DNA of 64,000 nt from Ranitomeya imitator (taxonomy: Eukaryota). Under the pieces are notes generated by a model. That model did no database searches, was not told the origin of the DNA, and was given only the letters and a program-made list of their open reading frames with translations. The DNA lies in the NCBI RefSeq assembly GCF_032444005.1, contig NC_091290.1:90520001-90584000 (forward strand). The letters run 5' to 3'. Both the position numbers and the translations under genes were made by a program. This document shows positions 35,610 through 45,942 of this stretch, piece by piece (position 1 is the first letter of the stretch; each line of letters opens with the position of its first letter).

Positions 35610-36893
35610 ATGACTATAAACATGGGGATGACGATATCAGTTTATCTTGATTTTAGGGGGTGGGGGGTCAGCTATAGGTTAGACTATGGTTTTTATTTAA
35701 ATTTTGTGTTTTTATATCTATTCTAATCTTTATTTTTTTGCTCTGATCTTAGTTAAGATATCTATCGGAAGAACTTCCCAGGTCTATGACGGTGATGGGA
35801 GAGGCTCAATTGGATTCCAAAGGTGGAAGAGAGATCGTCCGGAAACATACTTATATACGACGGATTCAATGTTACAAATATGGGATTTGTACCCTATTGT
35901 AGAACTGTTTGGGAGTCATCTGATATATTGGGCTTTATCAGAATCTGCCTATGATGGTGATGTCGTATAAGATGTATTACAGTGTAGTTTTCTGGTGTTT
36001 TAGAATGAATTTCTCAAATAAGCCTCTTTACATTATTTATGAGGATTATGATTCTTTAATAGTATGTTAATCTTATTGTATGTACTTATCTTATTGTCAT
36101 TTTCCTTCTTTTTGTATTATTCATTCTTCATCACATATATTTTCTTCTTGGTGATTTTGGTTATTAATCTTTTCAATAAACTAGTTTCATCTTGAGCACT
36201 TTAGTAAGTGTAGTTATATTTCGCACCGTATCGGTACCATCAACAGTATGGGTTTATTGATTTAATATTAAATAAGTTTCTCTTGGGGTCTCACATATAT
36301 ACATGTATATATATGCATATGTATCGCAGCACTAGTTAATAATGGTGCACATCCATCAATTCATTTTTAGTTCACTATTTATACTCCCCAACCCCCCGTT
36401 TGAAATCTTATTAAGCTTAATAAGTATCCTTTAGATTGTGTTCTATATTGGCTTTCCTTTTTCTTTTTTATTTATCTCATCTTTATTAATCCCATACATA
36501 AGTAAATTGGCTTTATAATTTAGTATTATCTAACGTATAATGTCTCTATATATATTCTCTCTTACATTATACTATACTGATAGGTCTCTCAATAAAGCTA
36601 GCAGTGACATAGTAACTCTTCCATATGATAGATAGGACCAAGCATATCGGGTTACACTAGTTTCGGCGGTGTGGTTGCGCGGATGCGCAGTCTTCATCTG
36701 CTCGGGATCTTCACATGACGCTTACACAGACGGGCAGGCGGTATGCGCCTGCGCGTCAGAAGCGGAGGGGGGAAGATCATACTTCCACACGAGAGAGGCG
36801 ACGCTGTCATGCGCCACATACGTCACGCAGCCGACTAACTAACCTATTGGTCAGGGCGTACTATAAAGAGTCAGCTGTCCCTCACCCCGACAC

Positions 36894-36932
36894 GCCCCCG
36901 GAAGAAGCTGGCGGCGAAACGCGCGTCGGGGT
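36894..36932 (+). ncRNA. Minimal type I hammerhead-ribozyme-like motif in the PLE-1 pLTR
   Basis: Stem I gcccc/ggggt; core CGGAAGA (36899-36905); stem II gct..ggc; GAAAC; palindromic GCGC loop; GUC with predicted cleavage after 36927. Confidence 0.6.
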
Positions 36933-37814
36933 AAAGGGACATCGCCATTGCGGACCCAGGACAGCAAGACCATACCAGTCCCACAGGTATTGGCACTACT
37001 GCACTTTTCTCTGCACTGCACTTTGATAGATCATTGAGTACAATATGATCTAGGAATATATCAGCACGGCACTTTTTGTATAGCAGCAATGGCTATGTGA
37101 TTCAGTCATCTGGAAGGTAATAATTATAAGGCTGCATGTTAGAGAATTTTTTCTTTAGAATCCTTCTAGCGCTATAGCATTACCATATGCTTAATACTAG
37201 GCTGCGGACATATAAGTGCAATAAGAGATCATATATATGAGAGAATTCGATACCTATGCCTATCCATTGATTGGGGACATATAAATAGCAACAATGACAT
37301 GTTTTTTACATTTGCTATGGCTATAGATTGGAGAAGTAGAGCATTACTAGATAACACTGATTATGTTGAAATCATTATTAGGTGGCATTTTTCTCTGGTA
37401 TATCAATATATATGCTATGCTTTAAATATTTAAATGTCTATTGATAGTTTTGTTTGGTTATAACTGTTGTAATATATCTGGATCCCTTTCTGTGACATAC
37501 TCTTGCTATAGTTGTAATTTTTTTTAAATTGATTTAAATAAACTTTATTTTTTAACAAAGGATCTTTTCTATATTTCTATCCTAATGGGATTGGAAATTA
37601 GGGAAGATTTTCTATTAGAGCAGTTGTAAAACCGCTGCGGAATCCGCAGAAAGAAGTGAAATGTGCGGAATGTAAACTGCTGCGTTTCCACGCAGTTTTT
37701 TCCGCAACATGTGCGCAGCGTTTTTTGTAAACTCATGGGAAAATGCTGCAGACCCGCAGCGGCGGAAACGCTGTGCATCCGCAGCATTTTCCGCATCGTG
37801 TGCACATACCCTTA

Positions 37815-38158
37815 GGCTATGTGCACACGGTGCGGATTTGGCTGCGGATTCATAGCAGTTTACCATCAGCTTTGCAGTTCCATGTAAACCTATGGAAAAC
37901 CAAATCCGCTGTGCCCATGGTGCGGAAAATACCGCGCGGGAACGCTGTATTGTATTTTCCACAGCATGTTAATTCTTTGTGCGGATTCCGCAGCATTTTA
38001 CACCTGTTCCTCAATAGGAATCCGCAGGTGAAATCTGCACAAAAAACACTGGAAGTCCATGGTAAATCCGCAGGTAAAACGCAGTGCCTTTTACCCGCGG
38101 ATTTTTCAAAAATGGTGCGGAAAAATCTCACACGAATCCGCAACGTGGGCACATAGCC
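37815..38158. mobile_element. Harbinger-type MITE (344 bp)
   Basis: TTA|ggctatgtgcacacg ... cgtgggcacatagcc|TTA. Confidence 0.85.
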
Positions 38159-38470
38159 TTAGGGTTAGGGTTGGAATTAGAGTTAGGGTTGGAATTAGGG
38201 CTAGGGTTGGAAATAGGGTTAAGATTAGGCTTGTGGTTAGGGTTATGGTTAGGGGTGTGTTGGGGTTAGGGTTGTGGTTATGGGTGTGTTGGGGTTAGGG
38301 TTTGGATTAGGGTTAGGATTATGTTTAGGGTTGGGATTAGGGTTAGGGGTGTGTTGGGGTTAGGGCTGTGGTTAGGGGTGTGTTGGGGTTAGGGTTGTGA
38401 TTAGGGTTATGGCTACAGTTGGGATTAGGGTTAGGGGTGTGTTGGGGTTAGTGTTGGAGTTAGAATTGAG
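38159..38470 (+). repeat. Telomere-like degenerate (TTAGGG)n array inside the piggyBac-like element (left remnant at 32690-32715)
   Basis: ttaggg units mixed with ttggaa, ttgtgg and gtgtgttgggg variants. Confidence 0.9.
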
Positions 38471-41400
38471 GGGTTCGTTTCCACTGTTTAGGCACATCAA
38501 GGGTCTCCAAACGCAACCATTGATTCCAGCCAATCTTGCGTTCAAAAAGTCAAATGGTGCTCCCTCACTTCCGAGCCCCGTCGTGTGCCCAAACAGTGGT
38601 TTACCCCCACATATGGGGTACCAGCATACTCGGGACAAACTGGGCAACAACTATTGGGGTCCAATTTCTCCTGCTACCCTTGTGAAAATAAAAAACTGCT
38701 TGCTAAAACATCATTTTTGAGGAAAGAAAAATTATTTTTTTTATTTTCACGGCTCTGCGTTATAAACTTCTGTGAAGCACTAGGGGGTTCAAAGTGCTCA
38801 CCACATATCTAGATAAGTTCCTTTGGGGGTCTAGTTTCCAAAATAGGGTTATTTGTGGGGGGGTTTACTGTTTAGGCACATCAGGGGCTCTGCAAATGGA
38901 ACATGACGCCCGCAGACCATTCCATCAAAGTCTGCATTTCAAAACGCCACTACTTCCCTTCCGAGCCCCGACGTGTGCCCAATTAGTAGTTTACCCCCAC
39001 ATATGGGGTATAAGCATACTCAGGACAAACTGGCCAATAATCATTGGGGTCCAATTTCTCCTGTTACCCTTGTGAATATTAAAAATTGCTTGCTAAAACA
39101 TAATTTTTGAGGAAAGAAAAATGATTTTTTATTTTCACGGATCTGCGTTGCAAACTTCTGTGAAGCACTTGTGGGTTGAAAGTGCTCACCACATATCTAG
39201 ATAAGTTCCTTGGGGGGTCTAGTTTCCAAAATGGGGTCACTTGTGGGGGGTTTCTACTGTTTAGGCACATCAGGGGCTCTGCAAATGCAACATGACGCCC
39301 GCAGACCATTCCATCAAAGTCTGCATTTCAAAGCATCACGACTTCCCTTCCGAGCCCCGACGTGTGCCCAAACAGTGGTTTACCCCACTTATGGGGTACC
39401 AGCATACTCGGGACAAACTGGGCAACAACTATTGGGGTCCAATTTCTCCTGTTACCCTTGTGAAAATAAAAAACTGCTTGCTAAAACATCATTTTTGAGG
39501 AAAGAAAAATGATTTTTTTATTTTCACAGCTCTGCGTTATAAACTTCTGTGAAGCACTTGGGGGTTCAAAGTGCTCACCACATATCTAGATAAGTTCCTT
39601 TGGGGGTCTAGTTTCCAAAATAGGGTTACTTGTGGGGGGTTTTACTGTGTAGGCACATCAGGGGCTCTGCAAAGCAACGTGACGCCCGCAGACCATTCCA
39701 TCAAAGTCTGCATTTCAAAACGCCACTACTTCCCTTCCGAGCCCCGACGTGTGCCCAATCAGTAGTTTACCCCCACATATGGGGTATCAGCATACTCAGG
39801 ACAAACAGGGCAATAATTATTGGGGTCCAATTTCTCCTGTTACCCTTGTGAAAATAAAAAATTACTTGCTAAAACATCATTTTTGAGGAAAGAAAAATCA
39901 TTTTTTATTTTCACGGCTCTGCGTTGTAAACTTCTGTGAAGCACTTGGGGGTTCAAAGTGCTCACCACATATCCAGATAGGTTCCTTTTGGGGTCTAGTT
40001 TCCAAAATGGGGTCACTTGTGGGGGGTTTCTACTGTTTAGGCACATCAGGGGCTCTGCAAATGCAACATGACGCCCGCAGACCATTCCATCAAAGTCTGC
40101 ATTTCAAAGCATCACTACTTCCCTTCCGAGCTCTGTTATGCGCCCAAACAGTGGTTTACCCCCACATATGGGGTACCAGCATACTCAGTGCAAACTGGGA
40201 AACAACTATTGGGGTCCAATTTCTCCTGTTACCCTTGTGAAAATAAAAAAATTGCTTGTTAAAACATCATTTTGAGGAAAGAAAAATTATTTTTTTATTT
40301 TCACGACTCTACGTTGTAAACTTCTGTGAAGCACTTGGGGGTTCAAAGTGCTCACCACATATCTAGATAAGTTCCTTGGGGGGTCTAGATTTCAAAATGA
40401 GGTCACTTGTGGGGGGTTTCTACTGTTTAGGCACCTCAGTGGCTCTGCAAACGTAACATGATGCCCGCAGACCATTCCATCAAAGTCTGCATTCCAAAAT
40501 GTCACTACTTCCCTTCTGAGCCCCGTCGTGTGCCCAAACAGTGGTTCTCCCCCACATATGGGGTATCAGCGTACTCATGACAAACTGGACAACAATTTTT
40601 GGGGTCCAATTTCTCCTGTTACTCTTGTGAAAATAAAGAATTGCGGGCTAAAAAATAATTTGTGAGGAAAGAAAAATGATTTTTTATTTTCATGGCTCTG
40701 CGTTATAAACTTCTGTGAAGCACTTTGGGGTTTAAAGTGGTCACTGCACATCTAGGTTAGTTCCATGGGAGGTCTAGTTTCCAAAATGGGGTCACATGTG
40801 GGGGAGCTCAAATGTTTAGGCACACAGGGGCTCTCCAAACGTGACATGGTGTCAGCTAACGATTGGAGCTAATTTTTCATTCAAAAAGTCAAATGGCACT
40901 CCTTCCCTTCCAAGCCCGGCCATATGCCCAAACAGTGGTTTACCCCCACATGTGAGGTATCACTGTACTCAGGAAAAATTGCCCAATAAATTTTAGGATC
41001 CATCTTATCCTGTTGCCCATGTGGAAATGAACAAATTGAGGCTAAAAGAAATTTTTTGTGAAAAAAAAGTACTTTTTCATTTTTACGGATCAATTTGTGA
41101 AGCACCTGTGGGTTCAAAGTGCCTACTATGCATCTAGATAAGTTCCTTGGGGGGTCTAGTTTCCAAAATGGGGTCACATGTGGGGTAGCTCCAATGTTTA
41201 GGCATACAGGGGCTCTCCAAACGCGACATGGTGTCCGCTCAAGATTGGAGACAATTTTTCATTGAAAAAGTCAAATGGTGCTCCTTCCCTTCCGAGCCCT
41301 GTCGTGCGCCCAAACAGTAGTTCCTCCCCACATGTAGGGTATCGGCGTACTCAGGACAAATTGTACAATAAGTTTTGGTGTCCAGTTTCTCTCTTTACCC

Positions 41401-41500
41401 ATGGGAAAATAAAAAAATTGTTGCTAAAACATCATTTTTGTGACTAAAAAGTTAAATGTTCATTTTTTCCTTCCATGTTGCTTCTGCTGCTGTGAAGCAC
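38470..41500 (+). repeat. ~389-bp tandem array (~7-8 units) inside the piggyBac-like element
   Basis: Anchor gggtctagtttccaaaa recurs at ~38827, 39216, 39605, 39991, 40381, 40769 and 41154. Confidence 0.9.
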
Positions 41501-42042
41501 CTGAAGGGTTAATAAACTTCTTGAATGTGGTTTTGAGCACCTTGAGGGGTGCAGTTTTTAGAATGGTGTCACTTTGGGGTATTTTCAGCCATATAGACCC
41601 CTCAAACTGACTTCAAATGTGAGGTTTTGTAAATTTTGCTGTAAAAATGAGAACTCGCTGGTCAACTTTTAACCCTTATAACTTCCTAGCCAAAAAAAAA
41701 TTTGTTTCCAAAATTGCGCTGATATAAAGTAGACATGTGGGTAATGTTATTTATTAACTATTTTGTGTCACATAACTCTCTCATTTAACAGAATAAAAAT
41801 TCTAAATTTAAAAATTGCGAAATTTTCAAAATTTTAGCCAAATTTCTATTTTGTTCACAAATAAACACAAAAATTATCGACCTAAATTTACCACTAACAT
41901 GAAGCCCAATATGTCCTGAAAAAACAATCTCAGAACCGCTAGGATTCGTTGAAGCGTTCCTGAGTTATTACCTCATAAAGGGACACTGGTCAGAATTGCC
42001 AAAAGCGGCCAGGTCATTAAGGTCAAAATAGGCTGGGTCATG

Positions 42043-42828
42043 TTGAGTGGCGCATCCGGACAGAAAGATAATCCCCGATCAAGGAGCAATTTCTTTGTCG
42101 GAAAGTGAATAATTTGAGAGATTAAAAACACTGGATTTTTCAATTAGGTAACTTGTGCTAGCACAAGTTTTTTTACTTTGGGATTTGAATCTGACTTTTC
42201 CTCTTCCTCTGCTTCTACGCTTCCTCTTTTTCTATTTATTTTGGAAGAGGGGCCCGGGGCCAGCTGAAAAAACTGTGTAATTTTGGTATTGCCAGAGGTA
42301 TCATTAGTGACTGTCCGTGTATGGCCTTAAATAGGAGACTCAAAGGGTACTGGACTTAGTGAGGGGGGCTCTAAAAGTGGGGGAAATGTTTTTATACAGG
42401 ATGAGAACACGAAATTGCTCCTCAGAATATCGGTAGACTTAATAGTTTCAATTATTGGAAATGAGGGGGTGACAGTGGAGGGAAGAGCAAGAAAGGAAAT
42501 AGAATGTGAAGAAGATTGGGACGACAGGTGGTCGTCATGGATAGTAAACTGTGAAAGGCCATCTGCGCCATCAGCCTCTCTGGGGGCTGGAAGCATTGGA
42601 ACAGTGTGTAAGATCTCGAGTGATCCTTCCATAGGAGGGTCACAAGATGACTCACTAATCAGGATTTTAGCAGGTGGGGCCTAAACACTGGAGGGATCAA
42701 GAAGAGTCGATCCTCCCTCAGATGATGCCCCAGGGCAGGCTCCAGTTTATTAGCACATCTCTTTAGTGTGCCCTGATGTTGCTGGTAATATAGGTCCTGC
42801 TGTCTATTTACAAAGACACAGGTGGAGT
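42043..42828 (-). pseudogene. PLE-2 N-terminal region, piece 2
   Basis: Reverse strand reads VFNLSNYSLSDKEI.LLDRGLSFCPDAPL, the conserved PLE pre-RT NLS..L..GL.FCP motif. Confidence 0.8.
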
Positions 42829-43254
42829 CAGAGGTGTAGCTAGGGTTTTGGTTCAGGGGGGGCGAATATTCTGAGTGGGCCCCTAACCAGGTAACCTTGA
42901 TTACAACTCGGTGACGCACCCTAATAGTGGAGGAGAACCTCAGCAGATGACCGCGCTGTTAATGAAGATAACCTCTATATAAAGACCAACATGGATATTA
43001 CCACCATATGGTCAGTGGTAGATACCAGTCCTACAGAACATAGATCACAGCACAGTTACAGATAATGTCTTACCGCTGATGTTCTTTATGATGGAATCGT
43101 TCACTTTTCCCGTCTTCTCCATCTGGCCTAGACCGACAAGACAACTTCTTCCAGCCACGACTCACCTGCAGAGAATGCAACAAAGACACATTTCACTTCT
43201 CATATTCCAGCCATAACCATCTATTCCCAACCTGCACAAACTCCTCATCCTGCT

Positions 43255-43465
43255 GATACCCCAATACTGAGCCGCTGCTGCCATATGTGTCCCTATTACT
43301 CCAGCTGATACCACAATACTGAGCCGCTGCTGCCGTAGGTGTCCCTATTACTGCACCTTATACCCCAATACTGAGCCGCTGCTGCTGTATGTGTCCCTAT
43401 TACTGCACCTGATACCCCAATACTGAGCCGCTGCTGCCGTATGTGTCCGTATTACTGCACCTGCT
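43255..43465 (+). repeat. 52-bp minisatellite x4
   Basis: ccccaatactgagccgctgctgccgtatgtgtccctattactgcacctgata unit. Confidence 0.9.
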
Positions 43466-43934
43466 GTTTGGTTCTGTGTGCCCTCTAAATTCTAAGGCAC
43501 CCCTCTATAATATAGTAATGCCGGGTGCACGTACCCTAGAAATCAGAGCCCACATTTTGCCCCTTAGAAAGTAATATTGCCCTGTGTGCCCCTTTGATAG
43601 TCATAGCAACATGAGCTCCCCTATAACAATAAGTGCCCACTTTACATTTAATAATGTCCAGAGTCTCCCCCTGTACAGTTCCCCTATACACAGTATGATG
43701 CTCTCTTATACACAGTAAACTGACACCTTAGTAGCCTCCAAACTGTTTGATGGCTCCAACACTGTAATCCCCACACTGTATGATGCCCCTCTAGATGGCC
43801 TCCATATAGTATAATGCACCAGATTGTCCTCAATATAGTATAATGCACCAGATAGTCCTCAATTTAGTATAATGCACCAGATAGTCCTCAATATAGTATA
43901 ATGCACTCCCCATAAGCAGACTCTATAGCACAAG

Positions 43935-44450
43935 ATAAATACATCCAAAAAGAGAACAAGAGAGAGCTATGGCCTTAAAATAGTGAACATACTTTATTTC
44001 AATCAATAGGTAAACAAGAAAAAACAGTATTACGAAGATAAGATTAAAAAGGTATATGCGGATCCAAAGTGCAACAGATATAATCGATCCAGACTCAAAA
44101 ACAGGCAGTGTCAGGGGTCATTAAATATAGCGTACATAAGGTGCAAATTGCAACCTAAAGCTTAGGGATGCTTCTAATGTTGCAAGAAAAAGTGCTAATG
44201 TGCTTTAGTGCAAAAAAGTCTAGGCAGCAAAAGAAGGCTGTAGGAATAGGGACTATAGGACTATACCTAAATGAAAATGATCTTAGTGTGCTATGCGGCC
44301 TAGCTAGGCTCCAGAGAGGTGAGCAAGTCCTATTCAAACAACCATAGAAAATGACCCTGAAAAATTAGGCACAGTGGCAGAGACACATTACCTGTGAGCC
44401 GTGGAGCGATTCCCCGACGCGCGTTTCGCGTGTAGCTTTTATGAGGGGTA
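43935..44450 (-). mobile_element. 516-bp PLE pLTR-like insertion flanked by a 44-bp direct repeat
   Basis: Duplication at 43891-43934 and 44451-44494 (43/44 identical). The minus strand begins with a degenerate hammerhead motif, then an aggtaa donor-like site and AATAAA. Confidence 0.75.
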
Positions 44451-44494
44451 ATATAGTATAATACACTCCCCATAAGCAGACTCTATAGCACAAG

Positions 44495-45105
44495 GTAGCA
44501 CCCCGCCGCAGGCAGACCCTGTAGTATAAATCAGCACCCCTGTAGGCAGACCCTGTAGTATAAGACAGCACCCATATAGGCAGACCCTGTAGTATAAGGT
44601 AGCACCCCTATAGGCAGACCCTGTACTATAAGGCAGCACCCCATAGGCAGACCCTGTACTATAAGGCAGCACCCCCAAAGGCAGACCCTGAAGTGTTAGG
44701 CAGACCCCCCATAGGCAGACCCTGTACTATAAGGCAGCACCCCCATAGGCAGACCCTGAAGTATTAGGCAAACCCCCCCATAGGCAGACCCTGTAGTATA
44801 AGGCAGACCCCCCATAGACAGACCCTGTAGTATAAGGCAGACCCCCCATAGGCAGACCCTGTAGTATTAGGCAGACCCCCCATAGGCAGACCCTGTAGTA
44901 TTAGTTAGACGCCCCCATAGGCAGACCCTGTAGTATTAGGCAGACCCCCCATAGGCAGACCCTGTAGTATTAAGCAGTCCCTGTAGTATTAGGCAGACTC
45001 CCATAGGTAGACCCTGTAGTATTAGGCAGACCCTGTAGTATTAGGCAGACCTACTCATAAGCAGACCCTATAGTATTAGGCAGACCCCCCATAGGCAGAC
45101 CCTGT
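44495..45105 (+). repeat. ~32-bp minisatellite (ccccataggcagaccctgtagtataaggcagca), resumes at 47876
   Basis: About 18 variant units, split by the LTR element. Confidence 0.9.
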
Positions 45106-45922
45106 TGTTGTGAATTCTGTGGCAGAGCTCCCTCCTGTGGTCACAAGTGGTACTTCGGCTGATTCTCTCTATGAGCTTCCGTTGGTGGAGGAAAGTGGTA
45201 CTGCGGCTTCTGAGTTTCCTTCCTCAGGTGATGTGGTGAAGTTGTTAGGTGCTACTCTATTTAACTCCACCTAGTGCTTTGATCCTGGCCTCCAGTCAAT
45301 GTTCTAGTATTGAACTTGCTTCCTCCTGGATCGTTCCTGTGGCCTGCTGCTCTGCATAGCTAAGTTGCTCTTGTGTTATTTTTGTTTGCTGCTTTTTCTG
45401 TGCAGCTTGTTTATTTGGTTTTTCTTGCTTGCTGGAAGCTCTGGGACGCAGAGGGTGTACCTCCGTGCCGTTAGTCGGTACGGAGGGTCTTTTTGCCCCC
45501 TTTGCGTGGTTGTTTGTAGGGTTTTGTGTTGACCGCAAAGTCACCTTTCCTATCCTCGCTCTGTTCAGAAAGTCGGGCCTCACTTTGCTAAATCTATTTC
45601 ATCTCTACGTTTGTCTTTTCATCTTAACTCACAGTCATTATATGTGGGGGGCTGCCTTTTCCTTTGGGGTATTTCTCTGAGGCAAGGTAGGCTTATTTTC
45701 TATCTTCAGGCTAGCTAGTTTCTCAGGCTGTGCCGAGTTGCATAGGGAGCGTTAGGCGCAATCCACGGCTGCCTCTAGTGTGGTTGGAGAGGATTAGGGA
45801 TTGCGGTCAGCAGAGTTCTCACATCTCAGAGCTCGTTCTATATTTTTGGGTTATTGTCAGGTCACTGTATGTGCTCTGACTTCTATGTCCATTGTGGTGC
45901 TGAATTGCCTGATCATAACAGT

Positions 45923-45932
45923 ACTGGAGGCC
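45923..45932 (+). promoter_or_regulatory. Self-priming PBS of the deleted chromovirus
   Basis: actggaggcc is the exact reverse complement of ggcctccagt (45287-45296), 29 nt downstream of tatttaa (45258). Confidence 0.8.
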
Positions 45933-45942
45933 TAAAGTACTA

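Larger units (their letters stand above)
32854..37605 (+). mobile_element. Penelope-like element PLE-1: inverted pLTR + 5'-truncated ORF + 3' region + direct pLTR; 14-bp TSD
   Basis: gattttctattaga at 32840-32853 and at 37606-37619. 33263-34255 is the reverse complement of 36621-37605. Confidence 0.9.
32716..37811. mobile_element. Harbinger-type MITE split by the PLE-1 insertion (pieces 32716-32853 and 37606-37811)
   Basis: TTA|gggaatgtgcaca ... tgtgcacataccc|TTA, with a palindromic ccgcag/ctgcgg-rich interior. Confidence 0.75.
31934..42042. mobile_element. Non-autonomous piggyBac-like element with nested insertions (~10.1 kb)
   Basis: TTAA|CCCCTTCACGACCCATG left end. The right end ggtcaaaataggctgggtcatg lacks its last 6 bp and is followed by TTGA. 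Removing it rejoins the PLE-2 frame (CPDAPL|NLFLD). Confidence 0.75.

Noticed and set aside
38159-38470. True telomere or chromosome-fusion site
   Set aside because: It is short, degenerate and single-orientation, and lies inside a transposon with no head-to-head TTAGGG/CCCTAA junction.
38372-41447. Repeated ORFs in the 389-bp array
   Set aside because: They are stop-poor frames of a tandem repeat, inconsistent between units.
43255-43465. 52-bp repeats as a CRISPR or regulatory array
   Set aside because: This is a simple minisatellite without spacers.
45921-45940. tRNA-complementary PBS
   Set aside because: It lacks the TGG start expected for pairing with tRNA CCA, and complementarity to the element's own R region explains it better.
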